The notes under the pieces are model-generated. The model did not search any database, was not told where the DNA came from, and was given only the letters and a program-made list of their open reading frames with translations. Positions 40,573 through 49,745 of a stretch of DNA of 64,000 nt are shown one piece after another. This DNA comes from Nitrospirota bacterium (GTDB lineage: Bacteria > Nitrospirota > Thermodesulfovibrionia > Thermodesulfovibrionales > UBA9159). Position numbers and translations under genes: made by a program. The stretch is from NCBI GenBank assembly GCA_963699545.1, contig CAVOUE010000003.1:544001-608000 (forward strand), read 5' to 3'. Position 1 is the stretch's first letter, and the number at the start of each line of letters is the position of its first letter.

Positions 40573-40726
40573 CAAGAAGGATATCGCCAGTAGGGTCAAA
40601 GAGCGCAGTGCCACTGTGGACATTGCTTTCACTCCCAGACGCGGGGTAGGCTGGAGTGCCTTTGATTCCGGCGTTTTGGCCCGCGTTTGCTAGGTCTCGT
40701 TAACAAAAGAATAATTAAGAAAAGTT

Positions 40727-41146
40727 ATGAGTATACGGGCTCGCATTGAGGATGCTTTGTTCCTATATCAAAACGGCAGATATGAAGGCGCATTTCTAAA
40801 TGCACTCATTGCCGTTGCTGCAACTGCTCGTGTCGAATCTCCTGGCCGCGCTACAAGCGATCGTGAATGTTTTGAGAAGTTCTTAGACAAGCGGCAGCGA
40901 GGCATAATCAAGGTCGAATATAGAGGCGAGCTACATACGGTTCCTCATATTTTATATAAATGGTTTAGATGCGAACTGGTACATGAAGGCAAGCTGCCCA
41001 TTGACGTTCAATTTATAGCAACAGATGATTTGTCTGTCAGGGCTGGCGGTGCTCCAGAATATATTCTAAAGATCTCTCATGGCTGGTTTCATTGGCTCAT
41101 CAACTCTGTTATAGAGGCCCCCTGCAATGCAAATGAATTCAAATGA
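40727..41146 (+). CDS. Small HEPN-like protein
   Basis: Helical N-terminus and RCELVH (Rx4H) motif. Confidence 0.55.
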   Translation: MSIRARIEDALFLYQNGRYEGAFLNALIAVAATARVESPGRATSDRECFEKFLDKRQRGIIKVEYRGELHTVPHILYKWFRCELVHEGKLPIDVQFIATDDLSVRAGGAPEYILKISHGWFHWLINSVIEAPCNANEFK

Positions 41147-41240
41147 TGAGTCTGTTGCTTGCATTACGCGACGTGGGAGCGTGCGAAACAGCCTTTTCAA
41201 GAATTATGTGATCTGATATTATCTTGCCATCGGACTAATT

Positions 41241-42284
41241 ATGGAAACACATGACTGGAAGAGTTTTGAAAGGCTTGTGGCGGCAATTAACGCCACTAAA
41301 ATGAGAGGGGCCGACGTCAGGTGGAATGATAAGATTAATGGTCGTCAATTCGATGTCAGCATCCGATTTAAATTTGGAGATTACGAATATTTGACCGTCA
41401 TAGAGTGCAAGAACTACGGGTCCAAGGTGGCGGTGGAAAAAGTTGAAGCCTTCATCACAAAAAGTGGGGACGTAAAGGCTAATAAGGCGGTAATGGTATC
41501 GTCCTTGGGATTTCAGGAAGGTGCAATTACAGTTGCCAAACAGCACGGGATTGATCTGATTACTTTAAATGAAAAAGTCGAGTATCCCGAAGAAAAGCTA
41601 ACCTCGATTGTGATTCCAGCTGTAAACATTTATGGCGTATCTTTATTAAGAAAAGGCAAAAGACAACCGATAGAGTTTGAGGGCGGCTCTAAATTACGTT
41701 ATTCGCTTTCTCATACGTTTGTGATTCAAGAATCGAAGAAAGCCGCTTTGGATAGCATCTTGTCGGATTGGGTCAATAAGAATTACGAAAAATTGTCATA
41801 CGCTGAAAGCATGCATGAAATAGCTTTCCCTGAAGGTTCCATTGTTGAAGTTTCCGAGAATGGTATTCAAAACCGTATTAGAGCAATTGCATTTAAGGCC
41901 CGCTTTATAGATACGACCCCCTCAAAGGGCCCGATGTTAGATCCACATCTGCATGAAAGAATGAATACTTATGTAGTAATGGATAATATACTCAACGGAA
42001 CCACAGAAAAAATTAAGCTGACAGACATTGAGCACGGTTTTGATACCAAAGTAAAAGAGGGATACTTCTACGTGTCGCCTCAATCAGGGCAGACTTATTT
42101 CTGTGAGAAGATCGAAGGTGACTTAGTTACTTGGTGGCTCGTAGAATCGTACCAGCACGGCCAAAGAATAGACATACGATTTACACAAGAGCTTGAGTAC
42201 TCCAAGTATTATAAGGAGATATTGGATGAAAAGATAATTAAGAGGTTGAGGAAATCGATAAATGAACTCTTGAAAGGCAGCTGA
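41241..42284 (+). CDS. Mrr-like PD-(D/E)xK restriction endonuclease
   Basis: WKSFERLV...QFDV...IECKNY...VEAF...GFQEGA. Confidence 0.8.
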   Translation: METHDWKSFERLVAAINATKMRGADVRWNDKINGRQFDVSIRFKFGDYEYLTVIECKNYGSKVAVEKVEAFITKSGDVKANKAVMVSSLGFQEGAITVAKQHGIDLITLNEKVEYPEEKLTSIVIPAVNIYGVSLLRKGKRQPIEFEGGSKLRYSLSHTFVIQESKKAALDSILSDWVNKNYEKLSYAESMHEIAFPEGSIVEVSENGIQNRIRAIAFKARFIDTTPSKGPMLDPHLHERMNTYVVMDNILNGTTEKIKLTDIEHGFDTKVKEGYFYVSPQSGQTYFCEKIEGDLVTWWLVESYQHGQRIDIRFTQELEYSKYYKEILDEKIIKRLRKSINELLKGS

Positions 42285-42389
42285 CAAAATTAACCCTTTT
42301 CCGCTGCGAGCCACATTTTGGTAAAACACGATGCGCCAAACTTTAGTTCCACTTTTGCACGGCGCGACAAACTATCGGCAACGTCACAC

Positions 42390-43175
42390 TCAGACTGCCT
42401 TCTTGTATCTGCATCTTGGAAAATTACTGCATCCCAAGAACGGTTCCCCTGCAGACTTACCACTCTTGGCAACGCGCTGTACGAGCTGCCCGCCACAGCG
42501 AGGGCAAATCGTTGTTAACTCATGACGCTCGCGCAACGAATCGAGGTGTGTATCGCGGCTTATAGGATTATCCTGTTTCAATTTTCTCAGCGATGTCTCT
42601 ATCTCAGTAACTTGTTGCGGTGTAAGGCAAGGCTGTCTGAAGTCTTTGATGTATGGAACGAGGCCGCTGCTCATCACATTAGAAGGCATAGGCGTCTTGA
42701 ATGTGCAATCCCCTATAAAGAAGACAATCGGCTTAAAGATCTCATGATCCAGGCGAAGATACTCAGACAGACATTTTGTATGCCGGTAGTTCTGCTTAAT
42801 GGGGTTTTGAAACTGGCTCTTTTTACCAAAGATTGACTGTGTCCATTTATCGTTTTCCGGGGAGCCGAATATCCACCCTTTTATATTCTTCGTTTCTATG
42901 ACGAAGATCCCATATACCGAGACGATCACATGGTCAATCTGTGTTGTGCCATCTGAGGCGGGTACAATTACGTCGTCGATTCTGCGGTAGGTATCTCTAT
43001 CCAGCAGCGCCCACATCCCGGCAGAAGTGATTTTTTCGCCGATCCAGCCCTTGACGGTCTTACGTCTGCGCTTTAATAAGGCTATGACCACTAGAATGAA
43101 AATAATAGGGATCAAAAACACTAATCCTTGGGAAAGCCCTTTCAAAAGAGCAAGAATCATGTCAATTGATGTCAC
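42390..43175 (-). CDS. NERD nuclease-domain protein with N-terminal TM and topoisomerase-type Zn ribbon
   Basis: KGWIGE, TTQIDHV, IFVIETKN, QNPIKQN..H; CPRCG...FLGCSNFPRC. Confidence 0.88.
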   Translation of the reverse strand: MTSIDMILALLKGLSQGLVFLIPIIFILVVIALLKRRRKTVKGWIGEKITSAGMWALLDRDTYRRIDDVIVPASDGTTQIDHVIVSVYGIFVIETKNIKGWIFGSPENDKWTQSIFGKKSQFQNPIKQNYRHTKCLSEYLRLDHEIFKPIVFFIGDCTFKTPMPSNVMSSGLVPYIKDFRQPCLTPQQVTEIETSLRKLKQDNPISRDTHLDSLRERHELTTICPRCGGQLVQRVAKSGKSAGEPFLGCSNFPRCRYKKAV

Positions 43176-43198
43176 GATGGAAGTCCCTTCTCATCAGC

Positions 43199-43894
43199 TC
43201 ATTGACTACTTGTAATCTTGATGTCTTGGAAAAACTTTTGAGCTTGTGGGAGAATGTAATCAACATATTCAGGCTTTACCCTGACATATCCTGAGACCTC
43301 TCCGTTGTCTTTATCTTCAAATTTCGGGTCCAGCTCGATGAAGCCCTGTGCAATGTGTTTTCTTAATGCCCCGTCTTTGGTGTTAAGCAGACCCCTATTG
43401 TGGACTATCGCATTTCTAAGAGTCCGAAGGCCAACTATTTCCGGCCACTGAGCATTCTTTCCGAGGTCCAAATCCACATCTAAGACTTTTTCCATATAGA
43501 GCTTCGCCTGGTCCAGATAACCTCCCTTGAGGTCACTGTACCGTAAATCAACCTTTTCACCCTTTTTCTGTCTATCATGGCGAAGTGTATCACACAGGAG
43601 GCCCATTCCTGCCTCTATGCTGGCATAGAGCATCACGACGAAGGAGTCCAGAGCAAGCTTTCCGAAGACGTAGTCTATTTTTTGGTAATCGTCCGAGAAA
43701 AACTCTAAGTATTCCTCTTGCTCCTTTGCGTCTAAGCCTTTCGCTCCTTCTTCTAAACGCTCTGCAGTTAGCTTCTGCTCTCGATCAATGGCAAACTTCA
43801 TGAATGCATTATAATCCAGCAAGTTATCGAAGCCACTTATGATAAATTTGTGCATCATAGGGGCTAAACTCATAACATCTCCCTTGCTTGGCAT
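43199..43894 (-). CDS. HEPN-like protein
   Basis: LRTLRNAIVHNRG (Rx4H) motif in a helical protein. Confidence 0.6.
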   Translation of the reverse strand: MPSKGDVMSLAPMMHKFIISGFDNLLDYNAFMKFAIDREQKLTAERLEEGAKGLDAKEQEEYLEFFSDDYQKIDYVFGKLALDSFVVMLYASIEAGMGLLCDTLRHDRQKKGEKVDLRYSDLKGGYLDQAKLYMEKVLDVDLDLGKNAQWPEIVGLRTLRNAIVHNRGLLNTKDGALRKHIAQGFIELDPKFEDKDNGEVSGYVRVKPEYVDYILPQAQKFFQDIKITSSQ

Positions 43895-44143
43895 ATCACA
43901 CTATTGACGTTCCCCGCCGTCGTTATTTTGTTTTTTGCCATGCCGATATTATGCCAGCTTTAGAATTTGCAGGCAATAGAAATGCAATACTTGATCACAA
44001 GAAGTCGTGGACTCCTGGGGCAGAGTGAGCACGGCGCTATTTAGTGATACGGACTTGACCATTATTCTAAGAGAATTATTCCAGTAGAATAATTCCCGAT
44101 GGCGGATGGGAACGGTTAGGTTGCATTAGAAGTAATGTAGGGA

Positions 44144-45142
44144 CTATTTTTTCTTCATAAAATCAGGAATCATCTTCCCTATTTTTAAGAGCATTACAAT
44201 ACCTGTCATAGTGAAAAAGAAAATAATAAACCAGCTCAAAGAGAAGATAACATTGAAAAGATATTGTTTGGAATCCAACAGGGAAAGAGATAAGTTGGTT
44301 TTGAAAAGATACTCTGAATTTAAATTAATACTATCGGAACCATAGACGAGAATACCCACCATGCAGAGAAGAACTAATAGAGAGACATAGGAAATGTTTA
44401 ATATAAATCCCTGTATAAAATATTTTCGTATAGCATTGTCATGCTGGTTTTCTGAGGTAATGATGCCGAGGAAGATACCAAGTAGTCCGACGTAAGATAC
44501 ATATACGGCAGAAATGGTTGTTAAGGCTGTCTTCAGTGTATCTGGAGCAATGACTCCAAAGAAATGAAAAGGGTAAACGCTTAGAACCAGAACAGCAGAA
44601 CATGCCACTAATACAAAATGGAACCAATTAGGAATGTCAAAAAATTCGTCATAAGGTCTTATTAGAATCCACTTAACAAAAAATATAGCAAATCCGAGCA
44701 TCCATATTGGCTGTTTCAGCTTATAAGCGAGATAAAGAAGAACTATCAATCTAAAGGGCTTAATGATAAAATCGTTGATATTATGACCGTCAGGAGAGGT
44801 GACATAGGCATTCCCAGTCTTTATCAGAAAACGGATTCTCAGGACATTCATAATTAGGTACGTGACAGCTAATATGAGGACACCGACATCTTTATCGGTA
44901 CAGTAAATTATGATAAAGGAAAGAAAATAGAACGCATTTTGGGATAGTGTCTGACTGCTAATTCTCAATTTGCTATGCTTCTCATGACGATGTGCTTTTG
45001 AAAAAGGTTCTTCTGTTAAAGATGCCTTTTTTCTCGTAAAGACTCGAAATATTAACCGTGGCACATCCGCAAGCATAAATAGAATCCAGGCCATTCTTAT
45101 CCAAGTGACAGGTGTCATATCATTCACCAAACCTGCAATCAT
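44144..45142 (-). CDS. Multi-pass membrane protein (AT-rich)
   Basis: 332-aa ORF with about 8 hydrophobic segments. Confidence 0.6.
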   Translation of the reverse strand: MIAGLVNDMTPVTWIRMAWILFMLADVPRLIFRVFTRKKASLTEEPFSKAHRHEKHSKLRISSQTLSQNAFYFLSFIIIYCTDKDVGVLILAVTYLIMNVLRIRFLIKTGNAYVTSPDGHNINDFIIKPFRLIVLLYLAYKLKQPIWMLGFAIFFVKWILIRPYDEFFDIPNWFHFVLVACSAVLVLSVYPFHFFGVIAPDTLKTALTTISAVYVSYVGLLGIFLGIITSENQHDNAIRKYFIQGFILNISYVSLLVLLCMVGILVYGSDSINLNSEYLFKTNLSLSLLDSKQYLFNVIFSLSWFIIFFFTMTGIVMLLKIGKMIPDFMKKK

Positions 45143-45390
45143 ATCTGATTATAGTTGATATACTTGGCAATTTTCTCGCCGTTATTAATTTGCTTTGCTT
45201 CGGCATCCGTATAACCTTTGTCTCTAAAGCGTTCCTTTCCGGAAGAAACCCTACATTTATAGCAGAAACGCCATAGTGTACAACACGTTCAGCCAAGACA
45301 AGCAGCCGTGATTTCGAGGACATTAGATTGTCACGAAAGAAAATCACCGGGAGGATATTTTAGGGTATGCCAGCACCCTTCCTCCTAGTC

Positions 45391-45542
45391 TACACGGTGC
45401 GACAGGATATGCTTCTGATTCTGCACGGCACGACACATTATGCTTCTATGGGTAGTTAAATTCTGGCAATTAGACCGGTGATTTGAATAGTAAAACGACA
45501 GGTTATGATTCCGAAGGGCGACACATTATGCCTCACGGCACA
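45391..45542. repeat. Distal transposon end with 4 TnsB-type sites
   Basis: CGACA-NN-(T/A)TATG-NYTC-like sites at 45400, 45431, 45496 and 45519, then ACGGCACA terminus. Confidence 0.85.
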
Positions 45543-45737
45543 GTTCAGTTCGTTCGTTGGCTTCCCGAAATCCTCAACGGACGTCAACAGGTTTCGTTTT
45601 GGCAGGGAGAAGTATTTCTGAATGCAGGTGATGTTCAGGCTGGAAGCCGGGAGACGGTATAGACCAACGCTCATTCCTGAGCCTTTGGCATAACAGGGAG
45701 ATCCAAACGTCAGGGCAAGACTACAACCTAAACTAAT

Positions 45738-45947
45738 TCAAAAGCCGTAACTGTATTGCCATTTCCTTCTTAAACATTTCGCCAAAAAGAGGGCACAGTT
45801 ATCATAGTTTTCGTTGTTGCAGCGCTTCAATCTTACTAATGCCCCTATCTTGAGAGATGTCACGGATGCTTTGCATACATCTGTCTTGACATCACAGTAC
45901 GGACATGCATCCAAGTCTTCTCTGGCCCTTGTTGCTAGTGCATTCAT
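45738..45947 (-). CDS. Small Cys-rich protein
   Basis: MNALATR...CPYC...C...C...C; RBS AAGGAGG. Confidence 0.65.
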   Translation of the reverse strand: MNALATRAREDLDACPYCDVKTDVCKASVTSLKIGALVRLKRCNNENYDNCALFLAKCLRRKWQYSYGF

Positions 45948-45967
45948 GGTATCCACCTCCTTTCTTC

Positions 45968-46147
45968 TTAGCAATTGAATGAAAACCTCCTTGCGGCACT
46001 ATTCGCTATGATGCTTGGCAAGTTCAGTTCAGGTCTTACCCATACCTCCCTGTCTTCGATTTGTTCTTCGTAATCACAAAGAATGTTAGAACACTCATAA
46101 TGAGTTTCCCTGTCCAACATCTCTCTGCCGCACGCCAGGCATTTCAT
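45968..46147 (-). CDS. Small Zn-ribbon-like protein (59 aa, below ORF-track cut-off)
   Basis: MKCLACGREM...YECSNILCDY; RBS AAGGAGG. Confidence 0.6.
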   Translation of the reverse strand: MKCLACGREMLDRETHYECSNILCDYEEQIEDREVWVRPELNLPSIIANSAARRFSFNC

Positions 46148-46195
46148 GACACTACCTCCTTATCCGGATTACTGCTGACAGTTTAGTAAAAGGAT

Positions 46196-46235
46196 GTTAC
46201 AGGGTGATGACTGTACCGTGAAGTTTTCATGTCAA
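46196..46235 (-). promoter_or_regulatory. Pho-box-like 11-bp direct repeats
   Basis: TTGACAT-gaaa-ACTTCAC-ggta-CAGTCAT-cacc-CTGTAAC, upstream of a TAAACT -10. Confidence 0.5.
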
Positions 46236-46653
46236 ACCCCTCGTGAACTATCGAAATTATCGATATATGAGATAACCATAAATAACAACCTGACAAATGA
46301 TGTTATCCTGCCAAAATGAATAGAAAAACAAAATCCTGTGGACATCATCAAGGTGTATAGTCTCATTTCAATATTTCCTTTCGATGTCGATAGAAGCAAC
46401 TCACGTGCCCGAACAAAAAAGCTTCAATTATGGGCAGCTATAGAAGAGAGGTCTTTGCGTCAAATAACATAATTGTTATGTATAAACAATAATGTATTGA
46501 GATACCAGAGAACCGGCAGGGACATTCCCCTACGGGGGTCGCAGCGGCACTCCCGGGTGATCACTGATTATGAACGGGATGGCTAGAGGTAGCGCTGAGT
46601 TTATCTTTGCTCGGTTGGCGAAACATGAGCCTGAGGGGAAGAGTTTCCGGGGA

Positions 46654-47337
46654 CTAAAGAGGTGACTGGTCCGGCTCCTTCTCCGAGAACAGTTTCGTTC
46701 TTTTTATCGCTCCCATCAGATAGTCCTTGAATTTATCAGGAAAGAGCCACTGTATCCCCAGTTTCTCAGCCCAGAGGATCAAGCCCTGATCGGCGGAAAT
46801 CAACAGAGCATCCAGTTCCGCGGCGAGGAGGAGCAGGTCCACATCCTCTTTGCTGTCGATGATCCCCTCCCTCAGCGCCTCCCGGTACTTTCTTCTCAGG
46901 TCCTGGATTATCTCATCCGGTTTTTTCTTTTCAGCACCCCTCACTGCCTTCTCCGCGATCCGCAACCCCTTGTTCACCCTCTCCCGCATGTCTTCTATCA
47001 GTTCATAAAGCAGGAACGCGGGAATCTTAAGTTCATGCCGCTTAGGCGGTTTCTGATGCAGGATAAGGAGGAGGTCCCCGGGGATCCTTTCCTTTTCCAC
47101 AAAATGGAGCAGTTCCTCAAATATGGACGGCGGCATATAAAATTCCAGGATATGGATCTGCGCTGCCAGAAACAGGAAGGTCTCAAGGGCTTCTGTGGGC
47201 GTGCTCCCGAGGCTTGTCCGGACATCAGGATTGACAAAAAGACTTGTGTCCAGGACAACCCTATGGGGCGGCGGGAGAAAAGTGAGAGGAGGCGATGCAC
47301 CACCGTGGTCCTCGAGTTCGTTACGCTCATCGCCCAT
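46654..47337 (-). CDS. RNA-free ribonuclease P (HARP, Aq_880-like PIN protein)
   Basis: VVLDTSLF, YMPPSIFEEL, RERVNKGLRIAE, LRRKYREALREGIIDSKEDVD, SADQG. Confidence 0.9.
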   Translation of the reverse strand: MGDERNELEDHGGASPPLTFLPPPHRVVLDTSLFVNPDVRTSLGSTPTEALETFLFLAAQIHILEFYMPPSIFEELLHFVEKERIPGDLLLILHQKPPKRHELKIPAFLLYELIEDMRERVNKGLRIAEKAVRGAEKKKPDEIIQDLRRKYREALREGIIDSKEDVDLLLLAAELDALLISADQGLILWAEKLGIQWLFPDKFKDYLMGAIKRTKLFSEKEPDQSPL

Positions 47338-47351
47338 CCCGATCTGTCCTT

Positions 47352-48665
47352 TCAGGCCTTGCAGACTCCGTAGAGATTGAACTGATACGTATCCCACTCC
47401 CTGCAGTTGGGGCATCTCCCCGACCAGTCATCTGAGGAATACCCACAGCTGTAGCAACAATACGGAAGCCTGAACGGTTTCTTCATGTCGATCACCTTCT
47501 TAAATTCTTCAACAGCCTTCTCGCATTGCTGCCGTCTCAGATAGATGTTCCCCAGGAGCTGGTGCAGCTCAGGATAGGGAGTGCTGCTCGTGTCAACCCT
47601 CACAAGGGTGTCGTATGCGTCGTCCAGCATCTCAAGCCGGTAAAAGAGTTTCCCCATAAAGAAGCGCAGGGCCTGGTTCTGGGGTTCCTTCAGCGTGCTG
47701 TTCCGGTAGAGGGTGATCAGTCTCCCGGGTTCGCCGAGATTAATAAGGAGATCCTCTATCCTCGCCAGGATTATGTTGGACGATGTCTGTTCGAACCCCC
47801 TCTGGAGAAGAGCGATCGCATCTTCGGATTCTCCTTCCCTGAGCATTGCCTCGGCAAGGCCGAGGTAGGCAGGTACAAAGTCCTTGTCCAGGCGGAGCAC
47901 TGTGGTAAAGGCTTTCTTTGCCTTTTCCGGTGCGGCGTTTTCGATGCCGTATCTGCCCTGTTCGTATTTATATCCTATGAGGTTCTTCTGCTCCCTCTGA
48001 CGGTCCTTCTCATTGTGTTCGCATTTGATTATGGTCCTCTGGATGGCGATGGTGTCGTCCCACCGTTCGCTTTTCTCAAGCAGTGACCGCTTCCGGTAAA
48101 GGGCAGTGAGGTTATCAGGGTCCAGCCTGAGGATTTCGTCCAGGTACAGGGTCGCTTCCGACCCTCTGCCGGTCTTCCCCATCATCCTTTCCAGGGAAAA
48201 GAGCACCTCGATATTCCGGGGCTGTATATCCCTTGCCCTCTTATAGTAGCCCAGGGCCTTCTGATAGTCCTCGTCCCCAGCAGCGATATCGCCAAGTCTC
48301 AGAAGGGCGTCCATGTGTCCGGGTTCTTCCTGGAGGATGCTCTCGAGGGCGGACCGGGCCTCATCTTCGTCGTCGGCGAGGATAGCGTTCAGCGCCCTTG
48401 AGTAAAGCTCCTGGATATGCATGTCCCGTTTCTGCCGGCGCTGATGCTGCCTGCTGTCAATGAACCGCTTGGTATCCCTGAAGAAAAAATAGACGAGCAT
48501 TACTGCAGCGCCCACCGCGAAGGACAGGAGGATGAGGGCTATCTTTGGCATCTCATACGCCGTCTTCGGAGCGACGGTAAGGGTGATGGTCTCCTCGTTC
48601 ATGACGGCAAAATAGCCGAGGGCCAAAAGCAACAACACAAAAAGCAAGAGGGCAAATTTACCCAT
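47352..48665 (-). CDS. lapB: LapA/LapB-like TM + TPR protein with C-terminal rubredoxin-type motif
   Basis: Two N-terminal TMs, TPRs, CYSCG...WSGRCPNC..W. Confidence 0.75.
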   Translation of the reverse strand: MGKFALLLFVLLLLALGYFAVMNEETITLTVAPKTAYEMPKIALILLSFAVGAAVMLVYFFFRDTKRFIDSRQHQRRQKRDMHIQELYSRALNAILADDEDEARSALESILQEEPGHMDALLRLGDIAAGDEDYQKALGYYKRARDIQPRNIEVLFSLERMMGKTGRGSEATLYLDEILRLDPDNLTALYRKRSLLEKSERWDDTIAIQRTIIKCEHNEKDRQREQKNLIGYKYEQGRYGIENAAPEKAKKAFTTVLRLDKDFVPAYLGLAEAMLREGESEDAIALLQRGFEQTSSNIILARIEDLLINLGEPGRLITLYRNSTLKEPQNQALRFFMGKLFYRLEMLDDAYDTLVRVDTSSTPYPELHQLLGNIYLRRQQCEKAVEEFKKVIDMKKPFRLPYCCYSCGYSSDDWSGRCPNCREWDTYQFNLYGVCKA

Positions 48666-49069
48666 CAGGGTGAACACCTTTCATCCTGAGATGGGCGTAC
48701 GTCCTCTGGTTGAGGCGTAGGCCCGTCCTCCTCAACATTGACTCGTGGGGCATCCAGCCACAGTTTCTCCAGTTCATAGTAAGCCCTTGTCTCTTCTTCA
48801 AAGATATGGACGATGACGTCACCGTAATCCATGAGCACCCAATGTGCGTAGCGCAGCCCCTCTATGGATAACGGCGTCAGCGCGTGTTTCATAAATTCGG
48901 ACCCGACATGTTCTGCGATTGCTTTCACTTGGGTTGTGCTTTCGCCGGAGCAGATAACAAAATAATCCGTGAAGGTGGCCACGCCCTTCAGTTCAAGGAT
49001 AAGGGTGTTTCTTGCTTTCTTTGCTAATGCTGATCGTGCTGCTTCCAGGGCCTTATTCTTGGCTTCTAA
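48665..49069 (-). CDS. rsfS: Ribosome silencing factor
   Basis: DYFVICSG.S..QVKAIA, WVLMDYGDVIVHIF, YYELEKLW; start uncertain. Confidence 0.9.
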   Translation of the reverse strand, partial: LEAKNKALEAARSALAKKARNTLILELKGVATFTDYFVICSGESTTQVKAIAEHVGSEFMKHALTPLSIEGLRYAHWVLMDYGDVIVHIFEEETRAYYELEKLWLDAPRVNVEEDGPTPQPEDVRPSQDERCSP

Positions 49070-49740
49070 AGGTGATCACTCCCTTCCTTATAGAGGTTAT
49101 GAGAAATTATAAAGGATTCCACACTCTCTGGCAACAGGTATTTTATGCTCATCCCCTGTTTCACGAAGTTTCTTATGGCAGTCGCCGATATATCCAGAGG
49201 GGTCACGTTCACGAGGAAGACCTCCCCTCCGTTCTCAAGGACGGTGCTGTGTACAGCGCTGCGAGTGCTATCAAGCGCCGAAAATGCCTTCGCATCTGCG
49301 GCGGTCCGGGAAGGGAGCTGCGTGAAGTTGAAGCCCGGCCGTGACACTACAACGAAAGCAGTGAGTTCCACGAGCCTTTCCGGATGATACCACAGAGGAA
49401 TATCGAGAAATGCATCGATGCCCAGGATGAAATAGAGCTTCTTCCCTGGATGCATCTCCCTCAGTGCAACAAGCGTATCAACCGTGTAGGACTTCCCGGT
49501 CTTTGCGCACTCAACGTCCGAGACCTCGAAAGATGGATTCGATGCTATCGCAAGCGTGGTCATCTCGTGGCGGTATGCTGCTGAAGCCAGCTCCACATCT
49601 TTCAGCGGAGGATTTCCCGAGGGGATAAAGAGTATCTTTTCCAGGCCGATCCGCTCCCTCACTTCCTCAGAGACCCTGAGATGCCCGTAATGCACGGGAT
49701 TGAATGTCCCGCCCAGTATGCCGATCTTGCCGTCTCCCAT
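49066..49740 (-). CDS. nadD: Nicotinate-nucleotide adenylyltransferase
   Basis: GILGGTFNPVHYGHL, SYTVDT, ISATAIR. Confidence 0.95.
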   Translation of the reverse strand: MGDGKIGILGGTFNPVHYGHLRVSEEVRERIGLEKILFIPSGNPPLKDVELASAAYRHEMTTLAIASNPSFEVSDVECAKTGKSYTVDTLVALREMHPGKKLYFILGIDAFLDIPLWYHPERLVELTAFVVVSRPGFNFTQLPSRTAADAKAFSALDSTRSAVHSTVLENGGEVFLVNVTPLDISATAIRNFVKQGMSIKYLLPESVESFIISHNLYKEGSDHL

Positions 49741-49745
49741 AGTCT

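Larger units (their letters stand above)
25883..45542. mobile_element. Complete Tn7-like transposon (TnsAB fusion, TnsC, TniQ/TnsD) downstream of tRNA-Leu
   Basis: TGT...ACA termini; GTTCA duplicated at 25878-25882 and 45543-45547; TnsB-type repeats at both ends; tns operon. Confidence 0.93.

Noticed and set aside
40573-41240. Integron attC sites between cargo genes
   Set aside because: No convincing RYYYAAC...GTTRRRY paired boxes and no integron integrase
44073-44095. Palindrome GAATTATTC-cagta-GAATAATTC
   Set aside because: AT-rich single instance with no assignable regulator
45120-45347. ORF possibly forming a frameshifted N-terminus of the 44144-45142 membrane protein
   Set aside because: No motif supports joining them; cannot be decided from sequence alone
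25883-45542. CRISPR-associated transposon (CAST)
   Set aside because: No recognisable cas genes or repeat-spacer array inside the element; the end repeats fit TnsB sites
25768-45600. Prophage or integrase-type island at tRNA-Leu
   Set aside because: No tyrosine or serine integrase, no duplicated tRNA 3' end, no phage structural genes; the TSD and TGT/ACA ends indicate DDE transposition
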